Source: Candidatus Sericytochromatia bacterium
Lineage (GTDB): Bacteria; Cyanobacteriota; Sericytochromatia; S15B-MN24; JAQBPE01
Assembly: GCA_035285125.1 (NCBI GenBank)
Contig: JAYKHR010000127.1
Coordinates: 1 to 20,408, forward strand
Direction of reading: 5' to 3'
Length of the DNA stretch: 20,408 nucleotides
The position numbers and the translations under genes are program-made. The notes below the pieces were generated by a model. It saw nothing but the letters and a program-made list of their open reading frames with translations, did not search any database and was not told where the DNA came from. Every line of letters starts with the position of its first letter. Within the stretch, counting starts at the first letter, position 1. Below, piece by piece: positions 1 through 8,015 of this stretch.

Positions 1-2
1 AC

Positions 3-452
3 TGCCTCTCCGAGGCCGAGCGCGCCCGCATCAAGGAGGCCATCGACCCGGCCGTGGCCGAGGGCCCGGCGCCCGCAGCGGCCTCGCGCACGTTCTCGCT
101 GGAGGTGAACCGGCAGCGCTTCGAGGTCGTGGTGCGCGACCCCGCGGGGGCCGTGGCCGTCGCGGCGGCGCCAGCGCAGGGCCGCGCGAAGCCGGCGGCA
201 GCCCCCGGCGGCCGCGCGAAGGCCGAGGCGGCCGGCTCGGCCAACGGCGTGAAGGCCCCGATGATGAGCCGCGTCGTGAAGGTCTGCGTGGCGGTGGGCG
301 ACGCCGTCACGGCCGGGCAGCCGCTCGTGGTGGTCGAGGCCATGAAGATGGAGAGCGAGCTTGCGAGCCCGCGCGACGGCGTGGTGCAGGCCGTGGGCTG
401 CGCGGCGGGCGACACGGTGCAGCAGGGCCAGGTCCTCGTGAGCCTGGCGTAG
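3..452 (+). CDS. Biotin-dependent carboxylase subunit, C-terminal part with biotinyl (BCCP) domain; likely acetyl/propionyl-CoA carboxylase alpha-type; 5'-truncated by window
   Basis: Frame is open from base 3 (CLSEAERARIKEAIDPAVAE...). It has an Ala/Pro linker, then 'VKAPMMSRVVKVCVAVGDAVTAGQPLVVVEAMKMESELASPRDGVV' with the EAMKM biotinylation motif. Stop TAG at 450-452. Confidence 0.9.
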   Translation, partial: CLSEAERARIKEAIDPAVAEGPAPAAASRTFSLEVNRQRFEVVVRDPAGAVAVAAAPAQGRAKPAAAPGGRAKAEAAGSANGVKAPMMSRVVKVCVAVGDAVTAGQPLVVVEAMKMESELASPRDGVVQAVGCAAGDTVQQGQVLVSLA

Positions 453-468
453 CGCGGGGGTTCGGGCC

Positions 469-1614
469 ATCAACTACATCGGCTCCAAGCTCTCGCTGCT
501 CGGGGAGATCCGGGCGGTGCTGGCCGACCACGGCGTCGGGCCCGGCACCTTCTGCGACCTGTTCTCAGGCACCAGCGTGGTGGCGCAGATGGCCCGGCTG
601 GACGGCCACACGGTGGTGGCGAACGACTGGCAGGCCTACTCGCGCGTGCTGCAGGAGGCCTTCCTGCTGAGCCAGGGCTACCCCGCCTTCGCCCGGCTGC
701 AGGCGGCCGAGCCGGCCCTCGCGACGGCCCCGCCCGACCGGCCGCGCGCCGGGATGGGGCTCGCCGAGGACCCGGGGCTGCGCGCGGACACGCTGCCGCT
801 GCGCCGCGTGCTCGCCCACCTCGAGGGCCTCCCGCCCGTCGAGGGGCCCTTCTTCCACGCCTACTGCGAGGGCGGCGAGGCCGGCCGCTGCTACTTCAGC
901 CGCGCCAACGGGGCCCGCTGCGAGGCCATCCGCGGCCGCATCGCCGCCTGGCAGGCGGCCGGCCTGCTCGACGCCGCCGAGCACGCGCTGCTGGTGGCGA
1001 GCCTGCTCGACACGATGGACCACCTGGCCAACACGGCGAGCGTGTACGGGGCGCACCTGAAGCACCTCAAGGCCAGCGCCCGCCACCCGCTGGTGCTGAG
1101 GCTGCCGCGCCTCGCGCCCGCTGACGGCCGGGCGCACCGGGCCTGCTCGGAGGACGCGGCGACCCTGGTCGGGCGGCTGGCCGTCGGCGAGACGCTGGAC
1201 GTGCTGTACCTCGACCCGCCCTACAACCACCGGCAGTACGCCGCGAACTACCACCTCCTGGAGACGCTGGCCCGCTGGGACCTCGACGCCTTCACGCCGC
1301 GCGGCAAGACGGGCCTGCGCCCCGAGGCCAACCAGCGCTCGGCCTTCTGCTCGCGGCCAGGCGTGCGCGGGGCCTTCGCGGGCGTGCTGCAAGCGGCGCG
1401 GGCGCGGCACATCCTCGTGAGCTACAGCCAGGAGGGCCTGCTGCCCGAGGCCGAGCTGCAGGCCCTGCTGCGCGAGAAGGCGGCCGGGGGCACGGTGGAC
1501 TTCCGCCGCGTCGCCTACCGGCGCTTCCGCGCGGACGTGGACCACGCCGCCCGCCGGTACAAGGGCGACGCCGTCGAGGAGTTCCTGTTCTATGTGCGGG
1601 TGGCGGGGGCGTAG
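469..1614 (+). CDS. Adenine-specific DNA methyltransferase, M.NlaIII/M.HpyI-like (D12 class, probably CATG m6A); no cognate endonuclease nearby
   Basis: Motifs in order: NYIGSK (472-489, upstream of the track's GTG 517), FCDLFSGT (SAM binding), ANDW, ANTASVYGA, LYLDPPYN (catalytic DPPY), QYAANYHLL, GKTGLR, SYSQEGL, YRRFRAD. Start placed at ATC 469 (see findings). Specificity is inferred from family resemblance. Confidence 0.9.
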   Translation: MNYIGSKLSLLGEIRAVLADHGVGPGTFCDLFSGTSVVAQMARLDGHTVVANDWQAYSRVLQEAFLLSQGYPAFARLQAAEPALATAPPDRPRAGMGLAEDPGLRADTLPLRRVLAHLEGLPPVEGPFFHAYCEGGEAGRCYFSRANGARCEAIRGRIAAWQAAGLLDAAEHALLVASLLDTMDHLANTASVYGAHLKHLKASARHPLVLRLPRLAPADGRAHRACSEDAATLVGRLAVGETLDVLYLDPPYNHRQYAANYHLLETLARWDLDAFTPRGKTGLRPEANQRSAFCSRPGVRGAFAGVLQAARARHILVSYSQEGLLPEAELQALLREKAAGGTVDFRRVAYRRFRADVDHAARRYKGDAVEEFLFYVRVAGA

Positions 1615-1853
1615 GGGCCCGCGCCGCTCGCACTGCCCTCAGCAGCGTGGCAACGGCCCCGGACGGCGCCTTCCGCGTCGCAAGCCAACGCAATGATCCG
1701 ACGCACCCGGCCCTGGAGCCGGCCCGTTGGGCTCGCAGGGTCCCCTGCCTGAACCTGCCGGCACCAAGCGCGGCACGCCACGGGGCCGGGTATATATGGC
1801 CTGACAGCTCCAGCATCGTTGCCAGGCCACCCAGGCTCCCGAGGCGAAGCACC

Positions 1854-3968
1854 TTGCGGCATCCAGCTGCTTCCTTGGCTCTGACGGCCTGGCTGGCCGT
1901 CGCTCTGGTCGCCTGCACCTCACCCAGGCGGGCCAGCCTGCGCGTGACGAGCGCGCCGGCCCTGGCGCTGCTGACGCAGGCGGTGCACCTGCGGGGCAGC
2001 GCGGCGCTGGCCGGCGAGCCCTTCGGGGGGGCCGCCGTGCGGGCCTTCGATCTGGCCAGCGGGCGGGCCTTGGGGGCAGAGCTGTGGGGGACCGTGACCA
2101 CCGATGCGCAGGGACGCTTCGAGCTCGACGTGCCTGCAGGGGCGATGCCACCGTGGGTCAAGCTGGTGGCGACCCGGGCAGACCGGGCCCTCACCACGGT
2201 GGTGGACCTGCGCCCCGCGCGCGCCCCGGACCCGGGCAGCCCGCCCCCCGCCCCCGTAGCCCCCTCGACCTACGGGCTCAGGCAGCAGGGCGCGGTGGTG
2301 GTGCTCGACGTGTGGCTCGACCTGCCAAGCACCGTGGCCTCGCAGGCGCTGGAGGGCTCGCTCAAGGTCCGGCTGCGCGTGGCGGATGCCCCCGGGTCGC
2401 GGGACGCGCTGGTCGAGGCCCTGAGCCGCGCGGCGCGGGCGGTCCGCACCGCCTTGGAGGCGACGCCTGCGATCACCACGCGCCTCGCGTCCGCCATCGG
2501 CTCGGATGGCCAGGTCCGCGACCTGGGCGCGTTCCGGCAGGCCCTCGACGACCTTCGCGTGGCCGAGACCCTCCAGGCCGCGGTTCACGGCGTGTTGCAG
2601 GAGGCCACCAGCCGCCCCGGGGACCCGGCGGCCCCACCCGTCACGCTGACGGCAGAGGACTTCCCCGCAGGTGGCGTCACCCTGACGGGCTCGACGTACT
2701 CCTTTGTCACGCAGGACGGCGCGACCGTGCAGGGCTCGGTGGACCTCGCCCCGCCCGCACCGCCAATGGCCACCCCGACGACAGGTGCAGAGGCGGCGAC
2801 GCCCGACCCCGCCGCCATCGCGGACCCCGGGACCAGGAGGCGCAGAAGGGCGAACGAGGCCTCCGCCAGCCCGACGCCAACGCCGGTCCCTGTCCCCACG
2901 GCCGCCCTCGACCTGGCCCTCGGCGGCCGCTTCACGCTCACCCGCGTCGCGGGCAGCGCGTCAGGCGGCAACGACGCCGGCACGAGCGCGACGACGGCAG
3001 CCCTCCGCGCCGTCAGCGGCGTCGCCGTCACCCCCGACGGCACCCTCTTCCTCGCCGACCCCGTCAACCATCAGATCCGTCGCAGCGTGGCGGGCGGGCC
3101 CGCCGAGCGCGTCACGGGGGCGGCCAGCGGCACCCCGGGTTTCCTCGACAACGTCACGGCTGCCGTGGGCTGGCTCCGTGCACCGGCCGGGTTGCTCTGG
3201 GACGACGCCAGAGGCGTGCTCCTCGTGTGTGACGCAGGCAACCACCGCGTGCGCTTCCTCCGACCTGGCGGCACCATCGGCACCCTGGTGGGCGGGGGCG
3301 CCACCACCACCTCCCCGACCACCGCGTCGGCGCTGCAACTCGAGGACCCTGTCGCCCTCGTCGCCAACCAGTCGGGCACGCTCTACGTCGCCGACCGGGC
3401 AGCCGGACGCGTCTGGCGCATCGCGCCGAATCGCACGGCCACGCTGGTCGCCAGCGTGCCAGGGGCCTGCGCCCTCGCCCTCGACCGCGGGCGCGACCTG
3501 CTCTGGGTGGGCACGACGGGCGGGGAGGTGCTGCGCGTGACCACCGCTGGCGGCACGCCGGGCCTGGACACCGCCACCGCCGTGTTCTCTCGGGCGGGGG
3601 AGGGGGTGCTCGGCCTGGCCGCGGACCAGGAGGGCACGCTGTTCGCGCTGGCGGCGACGGCCGGGGGAGACGCGCGGCTCTGGCGCGTGCCCACCGACAG
3701 CCAGGGCCGCCTGGAGGCAGGCCAGGCCGCCACGCCCGTGGGCGGCACCGGGGTGGCGGGAGGCAGCGGCGCCGACCACGCCGCGCCCACCACGGCGCTG
3801 GCCGACGCCCTGCAAGCCAGGCTCTCCGTCCGCCACCCGGGCAGCCTGTGCCTCGACCTCTCGGCCGCTGCAGCGCCGGCCACGCCCTCAGGGCAGCTCT
3901 TCGTCGGGGCGAGCTTTGACGGCGACGTGACGTGGGGCCAGGTCCTGCGGCTCGACCCCGTGCTGTGA
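1854..3968 (+). CDS. Predicted lipoprotein: N-terminal beta-sandwich-like region, helical region, Pro/Thr linker and C-terminal NHL-like six-bladed propeller
   Basis: TTG 1854 follows GAGG (1841-1844) and gives a signal peptide ending in the lipobox LVA-C (Cys 1914-1916). About six blades, e.g. 'SGVAVTPDGTLFLADPVNHQIRR' and 'PVALVANQSGTLYVADRAAGRVWRI'. Start uncertain (frame is open from 1647). Confidence 0.75.
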   Translation: MRHPAASLALTAWLAVALVACTSPRRASLRVTSAPALALLTQAVHLRGSAALAGEPFGGAAVRAFDLASGRALGAELWGTVTTDAQGRFELDVPAGAMPPWVKLVATRADRALTTVVDLRPARAPDPGSPPPAPVAPSTYGLRQQGAVVVLDVWLDLPSTVASQALEGSLKVRLRVADAPGSRDALVEALSRAARAVRTALEATPAITTRLASAIGSDGQVRDLGAFRQALDDLRVAETLQAAVHGVLQEATSRPGDPAAPPVTLTAEDFPAGGVTLTGSTYSFVTQDGATVQGSVDLAPPAPPMATPTTGAEAATPDPAAIADPGTRRRRRANEASASPTPTPVPVPTAALDLALGGRFTLTRVAGSASGGNDAGTSATTAALRAVSGVAVTPDGTLFLADPVNHQIRRSVAGGPAERVTGAASGTPGFLDNVTAAVGWLRAPAGLLWDDARGVLLVCDAGNHRVRFLRPGGTIGTLVGGGATTTSPTTASALQLEDPVALVANQSGTLYVADRAAGRVWRIAPNRTATLVASVPGACALALDRGRDLLWVGTTGGEVLRVTTAGGTPGLDTATAVFSRAGEGVLGLAADQEGTLFALAATAGGDARLWRVPTDSQGRLEAGQAATPVGGTGVAGGSGADHAAPTTALADALQARLSVRHPGSLCLDLSAAAAPATPSGQLFVGASFDGDVTWGQVLRLDPVL

Positions 3969-3999
3969 ACGCTGGCAAGGCCTGGATGGAGCCGCACCC

Positions 4000-6339
4000 G
4001 TGACCGCAACGACGCCTACCCCCTCCCTGGTTCCCCTCCGCTGGGTGCGCCTGCTGCTGGCTGCCGTCGTGCTGCTCTGCGGCTGCGTGGCCCCGGCGGC
4101 TCGCCTCACGACCCGGGTGGCCTCGCTGCGCATCGTGCTGGAGGCCCCGGCCGTGGGCTACCGCCTCAGCTACAAGGCCAACCCCGACTGGCGCCGGGCG
4201 GTGGCCACGCTCACGCCGCCCGGGGGCGCCCCGCTCACGGCCGAGGCCGCGCGGGGGGGCTCCCTCACCTTCGCGGGCCTCACCCCGGGCGACGGCTACG
4301 GCCTGACGATCGTGCTCCACCGGCCGTCACCCGAGGGCCTCGAGGTCGAGGTGGGGCGCCTCGAACGCGCCGCCCTCTCGCTGCTGGAAGGTGGGAACAC
4401 GCTGACCACGGCCGACTTCACGGCAGCCTACCCGACCCCCGCCCTACCCCCTGCGGTGGCCCTGGGGGAGCCCTTCGTGTCGAGCATCCCGGAAGCAGGT
4501 ACGGGCGCCATGTTCGACCGTCCCTCCGGGGTTGCCCGCGACGCCTCCGGCACCCTCTACGTGGCGGACAGCGACAACCACTGCATCCGCAAGGTCACAC
4601 CCGAGGGTGTGGTCACGACGTTCGCAGGCAACGGGGAGTACGGCTTTGCCGATGGCACGGGGGAGGCCGCAAGGTTTCACACGCCGATGGGCATCGCCCT
4701 CGACGCCTCGGGCACACTCTACGTCGCAGACATGTACAACCACCGGATTCGGAAGGTTTCCCCGGCAGGGGTTGTGTCATCCCTCGCGGGGGACATCAAC
4801 GGGTCCGTGGACGGCACAGGCACCGCCGCGGCGTTCTGGGCGCCTTCAGGTGTGGCTGTCGATGCCTCTGGCACGGTCTTCGTCGCAGACACGAACAACC
4901 ACCGCATCCGCACGATCACGCCTGCTGGGGTCGTCACCACCCTCGCCGGCAACGCGCAGGGCTTTGCAGACGGCATCGGCACCGCTGCTGCCTTCTCCTC
5001 TCCCACCGACGTCTTGCCGGACGACGCCGGCAACCTCTACGTGGCCGACCTGTTCAACCACCGCATCCGCAAGATCGCCCCCGACGGCACGGTCAGCACG
5101 CTGGCGGGCGCCGGCACCAGCGGCTCTGCAGACGGAGTTGGAGCCACCGCAGGGTTCAATGGACCTCACGGTTTGGCCCTCGACGCCTCGGGCACGCTCT
5201 ACGTGGCGGACCGGGGCAACAGCAGCGTGCGGAAGGTCACCCCGGCGGGCGTCGTCTCCACCCTCGCGAACGCCAGCACTGGCCTGTACGGCCCCCGTGA
5301 CCTGATCGTGGCGGGAGACACGGTCTATGTCGCCGACACCTTCAAGGCTTGCATCCGGGCCGTCACGCCACAGGGGGTTGTCACCACCTTCGCTGGCAAC
5401 GGCCTGCGAGCCCTCTCCGACGGCCTGACCGCTCCCCCTGTGTTCAACGAACCCACCGGCATCGCGTGTGATGCCTCGGGCACCTTGTACGTGGCCGACC
5501 AGCAAAACAACCTCATCCGCAAGATCTCCCCCGCAGGCGTCATCACCACCCTGGCCGGCAGCACCCAGGGCTTTGCGGAGGGCAGCGGTGCTGCTGCGCA
5601 GTTCTTTTATCCCACCGCCGTCGCCCTTGACGCCTCTGGCACCCTTTACGTGGCGGACCAGCAGAACCATCGCATCCGCAAGGTGTCCCCCGAGGGTGTC
5701 GTGAGCACCCTCGCGGGCAGCAGCCAGGGGTTCTCCGATGGCACGGGCCCCGCGGCGCGCTTCTTCTTCCCGAGCGGCGTGGCTGTCGATGCCTCCGGGA
5801 CCGTGTACGTGGCGGACACCTACAACCACCGCATCCGAGCGATTTCACCCCTGGGCGCCGTCAGCACCCTCGCCGGCAGCAGCGCCTCGGGCCAGAGCGA
5901 CGGCACGGGGGCTGCCGCACGGTTCAACGCCCCCTTCGGCGTGGCGGTTTCGGCCTCGGGCACCGTCTATGTGGCAGACTCGAGCAACCACAGTGTGCGC
6001 CTGCTGACGCCCGAAGCCGTGGTCACCACGATCGCAGGCAGCCCCTCGGGCTTCTCGGGCTTCTCGAACGCCACCGGGACGGACGCCAGGTTCAACAACC
6101 CACAAAGCGTGGCCGTGGACGGTTCAGGCAGCATTTACGTCGCAGACGCCTTCAACCGCAGCGTGCGCAAGATCGCCCCGGACGGCGTGGTCACGACCCT
6201 CGCGGGCAGCACGAAGGGGTTCTCCAACGGCCCGGCTCGCACCGCGAGGTTTGCCTACCCCGCAGGCGTCACCGTCGACGCCGCGGGGACGGTCTACGTG
6301 GCCGACAAGAAGAACCACCTGATCCGCCGCATCCGCTAG
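4000..6339 (+). CDS. Predicted lipoprotein with 12 NHL repeats (two six-bladed beta-propellers)
   Basis: GTG start after GGAG; hydrophobic signal ending LLCG-C; 12 copies of F-x-x-P-x-G-[VI]-A-x-D-x-x-G-x-[LV]-Y-V-A-D-x-x-N-H-x-I-R-K. Confidence 0.9.
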   Translation: MTATTPTPSLVPLRWVRLLLAAVVLLCGCVAPAARLTTRVASLRIVLEAPAVGYRLSYKANPDWRRAVATLTPPGGAPLTAEAARGGSLTFAGLTPGDGYGLTIVLHRPSPEGLEVEVGRLERAALSLLEGGNTLTTADFTAAYPTPALPPAVALGEPFVSSIPEAGTGAMFDRPSGVARDASGTLYVADSDNHCIRKVTPEGVVTTFAGNGEYGFADGTGEAARFHTPMGIALDASGTLYVADMYNHRIRKVSPAGVVSSLAGDINGSVDGTGTAAAFWAPSGVAVDASGTVFVADTNNHRIRTITPAGVVTTLAGNAQGFADGIGTAAAFSSPTDVLPDDAGNLYVADLFNHRIRKIAPDGTVSTLAGAGTSGSADGVGATAGFNGPHGLALDASGTLYVADRGNSSVRKVTPAGVVSTLANASTGLYGPRDLIVAGDTVYVADTFKACIRAVTPQGVVTTFAGNGLRALSDGLTAPPVFNEPTGIACDASGTLYVADQQNNLIRKISPAGVITTLAGSTQGFAEGSGAAAQFFYPTAVALDASGTLYVADQQNHRIRKVSPEGVVSTLAGSSQGFSDGTGPAARFFFPSGVAVDASGTVYVADTYNHRIRAISPLGAVSTLAGSSASGQSDGTGAAARFNAPFGVAVSASGTVYVADSSNHSVRLLTPEAVVTTIAGSPSGFSGFSNATGTDARFNNPQSVAVDGSGSIYVADAFNRSVRKIAPDGVVTTLAGSTKGFSNGPARTARFAYPAGVTVDAAGTVYVADKKNHLIRRIR
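4513..6336 (+). repeat. Intragenic array of 12 degenerate NHL repeats (about 160 bp, about 53 aa each)
   Basis: Recurrent DNA such as 'gacgcctcgggcac...tacgtggcggac...aaccaccgcatccgcaag'. Units begin FDRP, FHTP, FWAP, FSSP, FNGP, LYGP, FNEP, FFYP, FFFP, FNAP, FNNP, FAYP. Confidence 0.9.
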
Positions 6340-6423
6340 CCTCGAAGACCTCAGCGCCGACCCCTTGGCCCCGTGCCCCCCAGGCGCCATGTGGTACCGT
6401 AAGGCGAAGCCTCCAAGACCTCC

Positions 6424-7929
6424 ATGCGGCCCCCCCTCGCCCTGTTGTTGCTGCTCACCTTGCTCGCGCCGGCCTGTGCCGACCGCGAGGGCGAGGCGCG
6501 TGAGGCCATGAAGGGCGCCGCGCTGGAGATCGCGGCAGCGCGGCGGCTGGAGGCTGAGAGCTACGATGGGGCCCTCGCCCATTACGAGGGCGCGCTCGAG
6601 ACGGTCGAGCGCGTGCGCGCCGAGTACGCCGACACGGTGGCCGGGGCCCTCGCCGCCAAGCCGAGCACCTTCGTGGGCCCCGTGACGCTCGGCGTGCTGG
6701 AGGGCGTCATCCTGCCCGGCGTGCGGCGGCGCGCCGAGGCCGAGCGGAGCCCGCTGGCCTGTGCCGCCCTGATGGCCGAGGCCGTGCCGGCGCCGGCGCC
6801 GCGCGTGCGGGCGCTGGCGGCCGTGGCGGAGGCCGCGGGGGCGCTCGACAAGGGGGCGATCGCCAAGCACGTCATCGCCCGCGCGCAGGCCACGGCGGCG
6901 GGCCTGCCGGCGGCCTCCGACGCGCAGGACGCGGCCTGGTCCGCCGTGGCGGACGCCCTCATCGCCACGCGCGAGCTCGAGCAGGCCCGCGCCCTGATCC
7001 TCGCCAACGGCTTCGAGGGCCCCTGGCAGCGGCTCGCCGTGGCCCTCGTGCGCACGGGCCAGGCCCGGCGGGCGGCGGGGATGGTGGCCCATGCGATGGG
7101 CGGCGAGGCGCTGCCGCGCGTCGAGGCCCGTGCGACGATCGCGGCGGCCCTCTGGAAGGAGGGCGATGCGGCCACGGCCCAGGTGCTGATGGGCGAGGCC
7201 GAGCTCGAGGCGAAGGCCGCGACGGCCGAGGCCGTGCCCCGCGTCGGGCTCATCCTCGCCCGCCAGTACGCGGCGCAGCGGCTGCTCGCGCAGGCCGACG
7301 CCTGGCTCGCCCAGGTGGACGGGCTGCGGACGGCCACCCGCGAGGAGCTCGACGGCCTCGTCGAGGCCTACCGCGCCGGCGGCGGCGAGGCCCGGCTGCT
7401 GGCCCAGGTGCACCGGGCCCTGCGCGAGATCGAGGCGGGGTCGCGGGCGCTGCCGGTGGACGAGGTGCCCTGGCTGACAAACCTGGCCTACGTGCAGGCC
7501 AAGCTCGGCGAGGCCGAGCCGGGCGCGTTCGCGCTGTCGCAGGCCCGCGCCCGGGCAGACACGATCGCGCCGGAGGACGCGCCCCCGGCGCTGAGCGCCG
7601 AGGTGCGCACGCTGCTCGACATCAGCGAGCGGCTGCTGGTGCTCGGCCACGTCCAGCCCGGGCTCGGCGCGCTGGAGGACGCCCTCGCGCGCCGCGAGCG
7701 GCTGCCGCTGCCCGAGCGCGTGGCCATCGTGACGCGCGGCGCGAGCCTGGCCGCGCGCGCCGGCCGGGGCGAACGGGCGACGACCCTGGTGGCGCTGCTC
7801 ACGGAGCAGGACCAGATCGCGATCGCCCTGGCGCAGGCCGCCCGGGCTGCCCACGGCGGCTTCAGCGCCCCGCCGCGCGCGCTGCATGACCTCGTGGCCC
7901 GGTTCGACGGGCTCGAGGACATGCGCTGA
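6424..7929 (+). CDS. Hypothetical exported protein or lipoprotein, alpha-helical TPR-like repeats
   Basis: MRPPLALLLLLTLLAPA-C signal/lipobox-like N-terminus; Ala/Leu/Glu/Arg-rich amphipathic helices throughout; strong GC3 bias in this frame. Confidence 0.75.
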   Translation: MRPPLALLLLLTLLAPACADREGEAREAMKGAALEIAAARRLEAESYDGALAHYEGALETVERVRAEYADTVAGALAAKPSTFVGPVTLGVLEGVILPGVRRRAEAERSPLACAALMAEAVPAPAPRVRALAAVAEAAGALDKGAIAKHVIARAQATAAGLPAASDAQDAAWSAVADALIATRELEQARALILANGFEGPWQRLAVALVRTGQARRAAGMVAHAMGGEALPRVEARATIAAALWKEGDAATAQVLMGEAELEAKAATAEAVPRVGLILARQYAAQRLLAQADAWLAQVDGLRTATREELDGLVEAYRAGGGEARLLAQVHRALREIEAGSRALPVDEVPWLTNLAYVQAKLGEAEPGAFALSQARARADTIAPEDAPPALSAEVRTLLDISERLLVLGHVQPGLGALEDALARRERLPLPERVAIVTRGASLAARAGRGERATTLVALLTEQDQIAIALAQAARAAHGGFSAPPRALHDLVARFDGLEDMR

Positions 7930-7978
7930 GCCGTCGCGCCAGCCCACGCGCCCCGAGACCTACCGGGACTGGCCCCTG

Positions 7979-8009
7979 CCGTCAGCGTCGCCAGCGCGGC
8001 GCGTGACGG
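7979..8009. terminator. GC-rich hairpin between convergent genes (possible terminator or stabiliser)
   Basis: CCGTCA-GCGTCGC-cagc-GCGGCGC-g-TGACGG inverted repeat; no U-tract on either strand. Confidence 0.35.
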
Positions 8010-8015
8010 AGCCTC

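Noticed and set aside
1615..1853. Riboswitch/ncRNA or restriction endonuclease gene after the methyltransferase
   Set aside because: Only short GC-rich hairpins, no riboswitch consensus I recognise, and no room or motif for a nuclease. An Rfam scan would be decisive.
4513..6336. NHL repeats as a diversity-generating retroelement target or a CRISPR-like array
   Set aside because: No reverse transcriptase and no template/variable repeat pair differing only at adenines. The repeats are degenerate, in-frame coding units without spacers.
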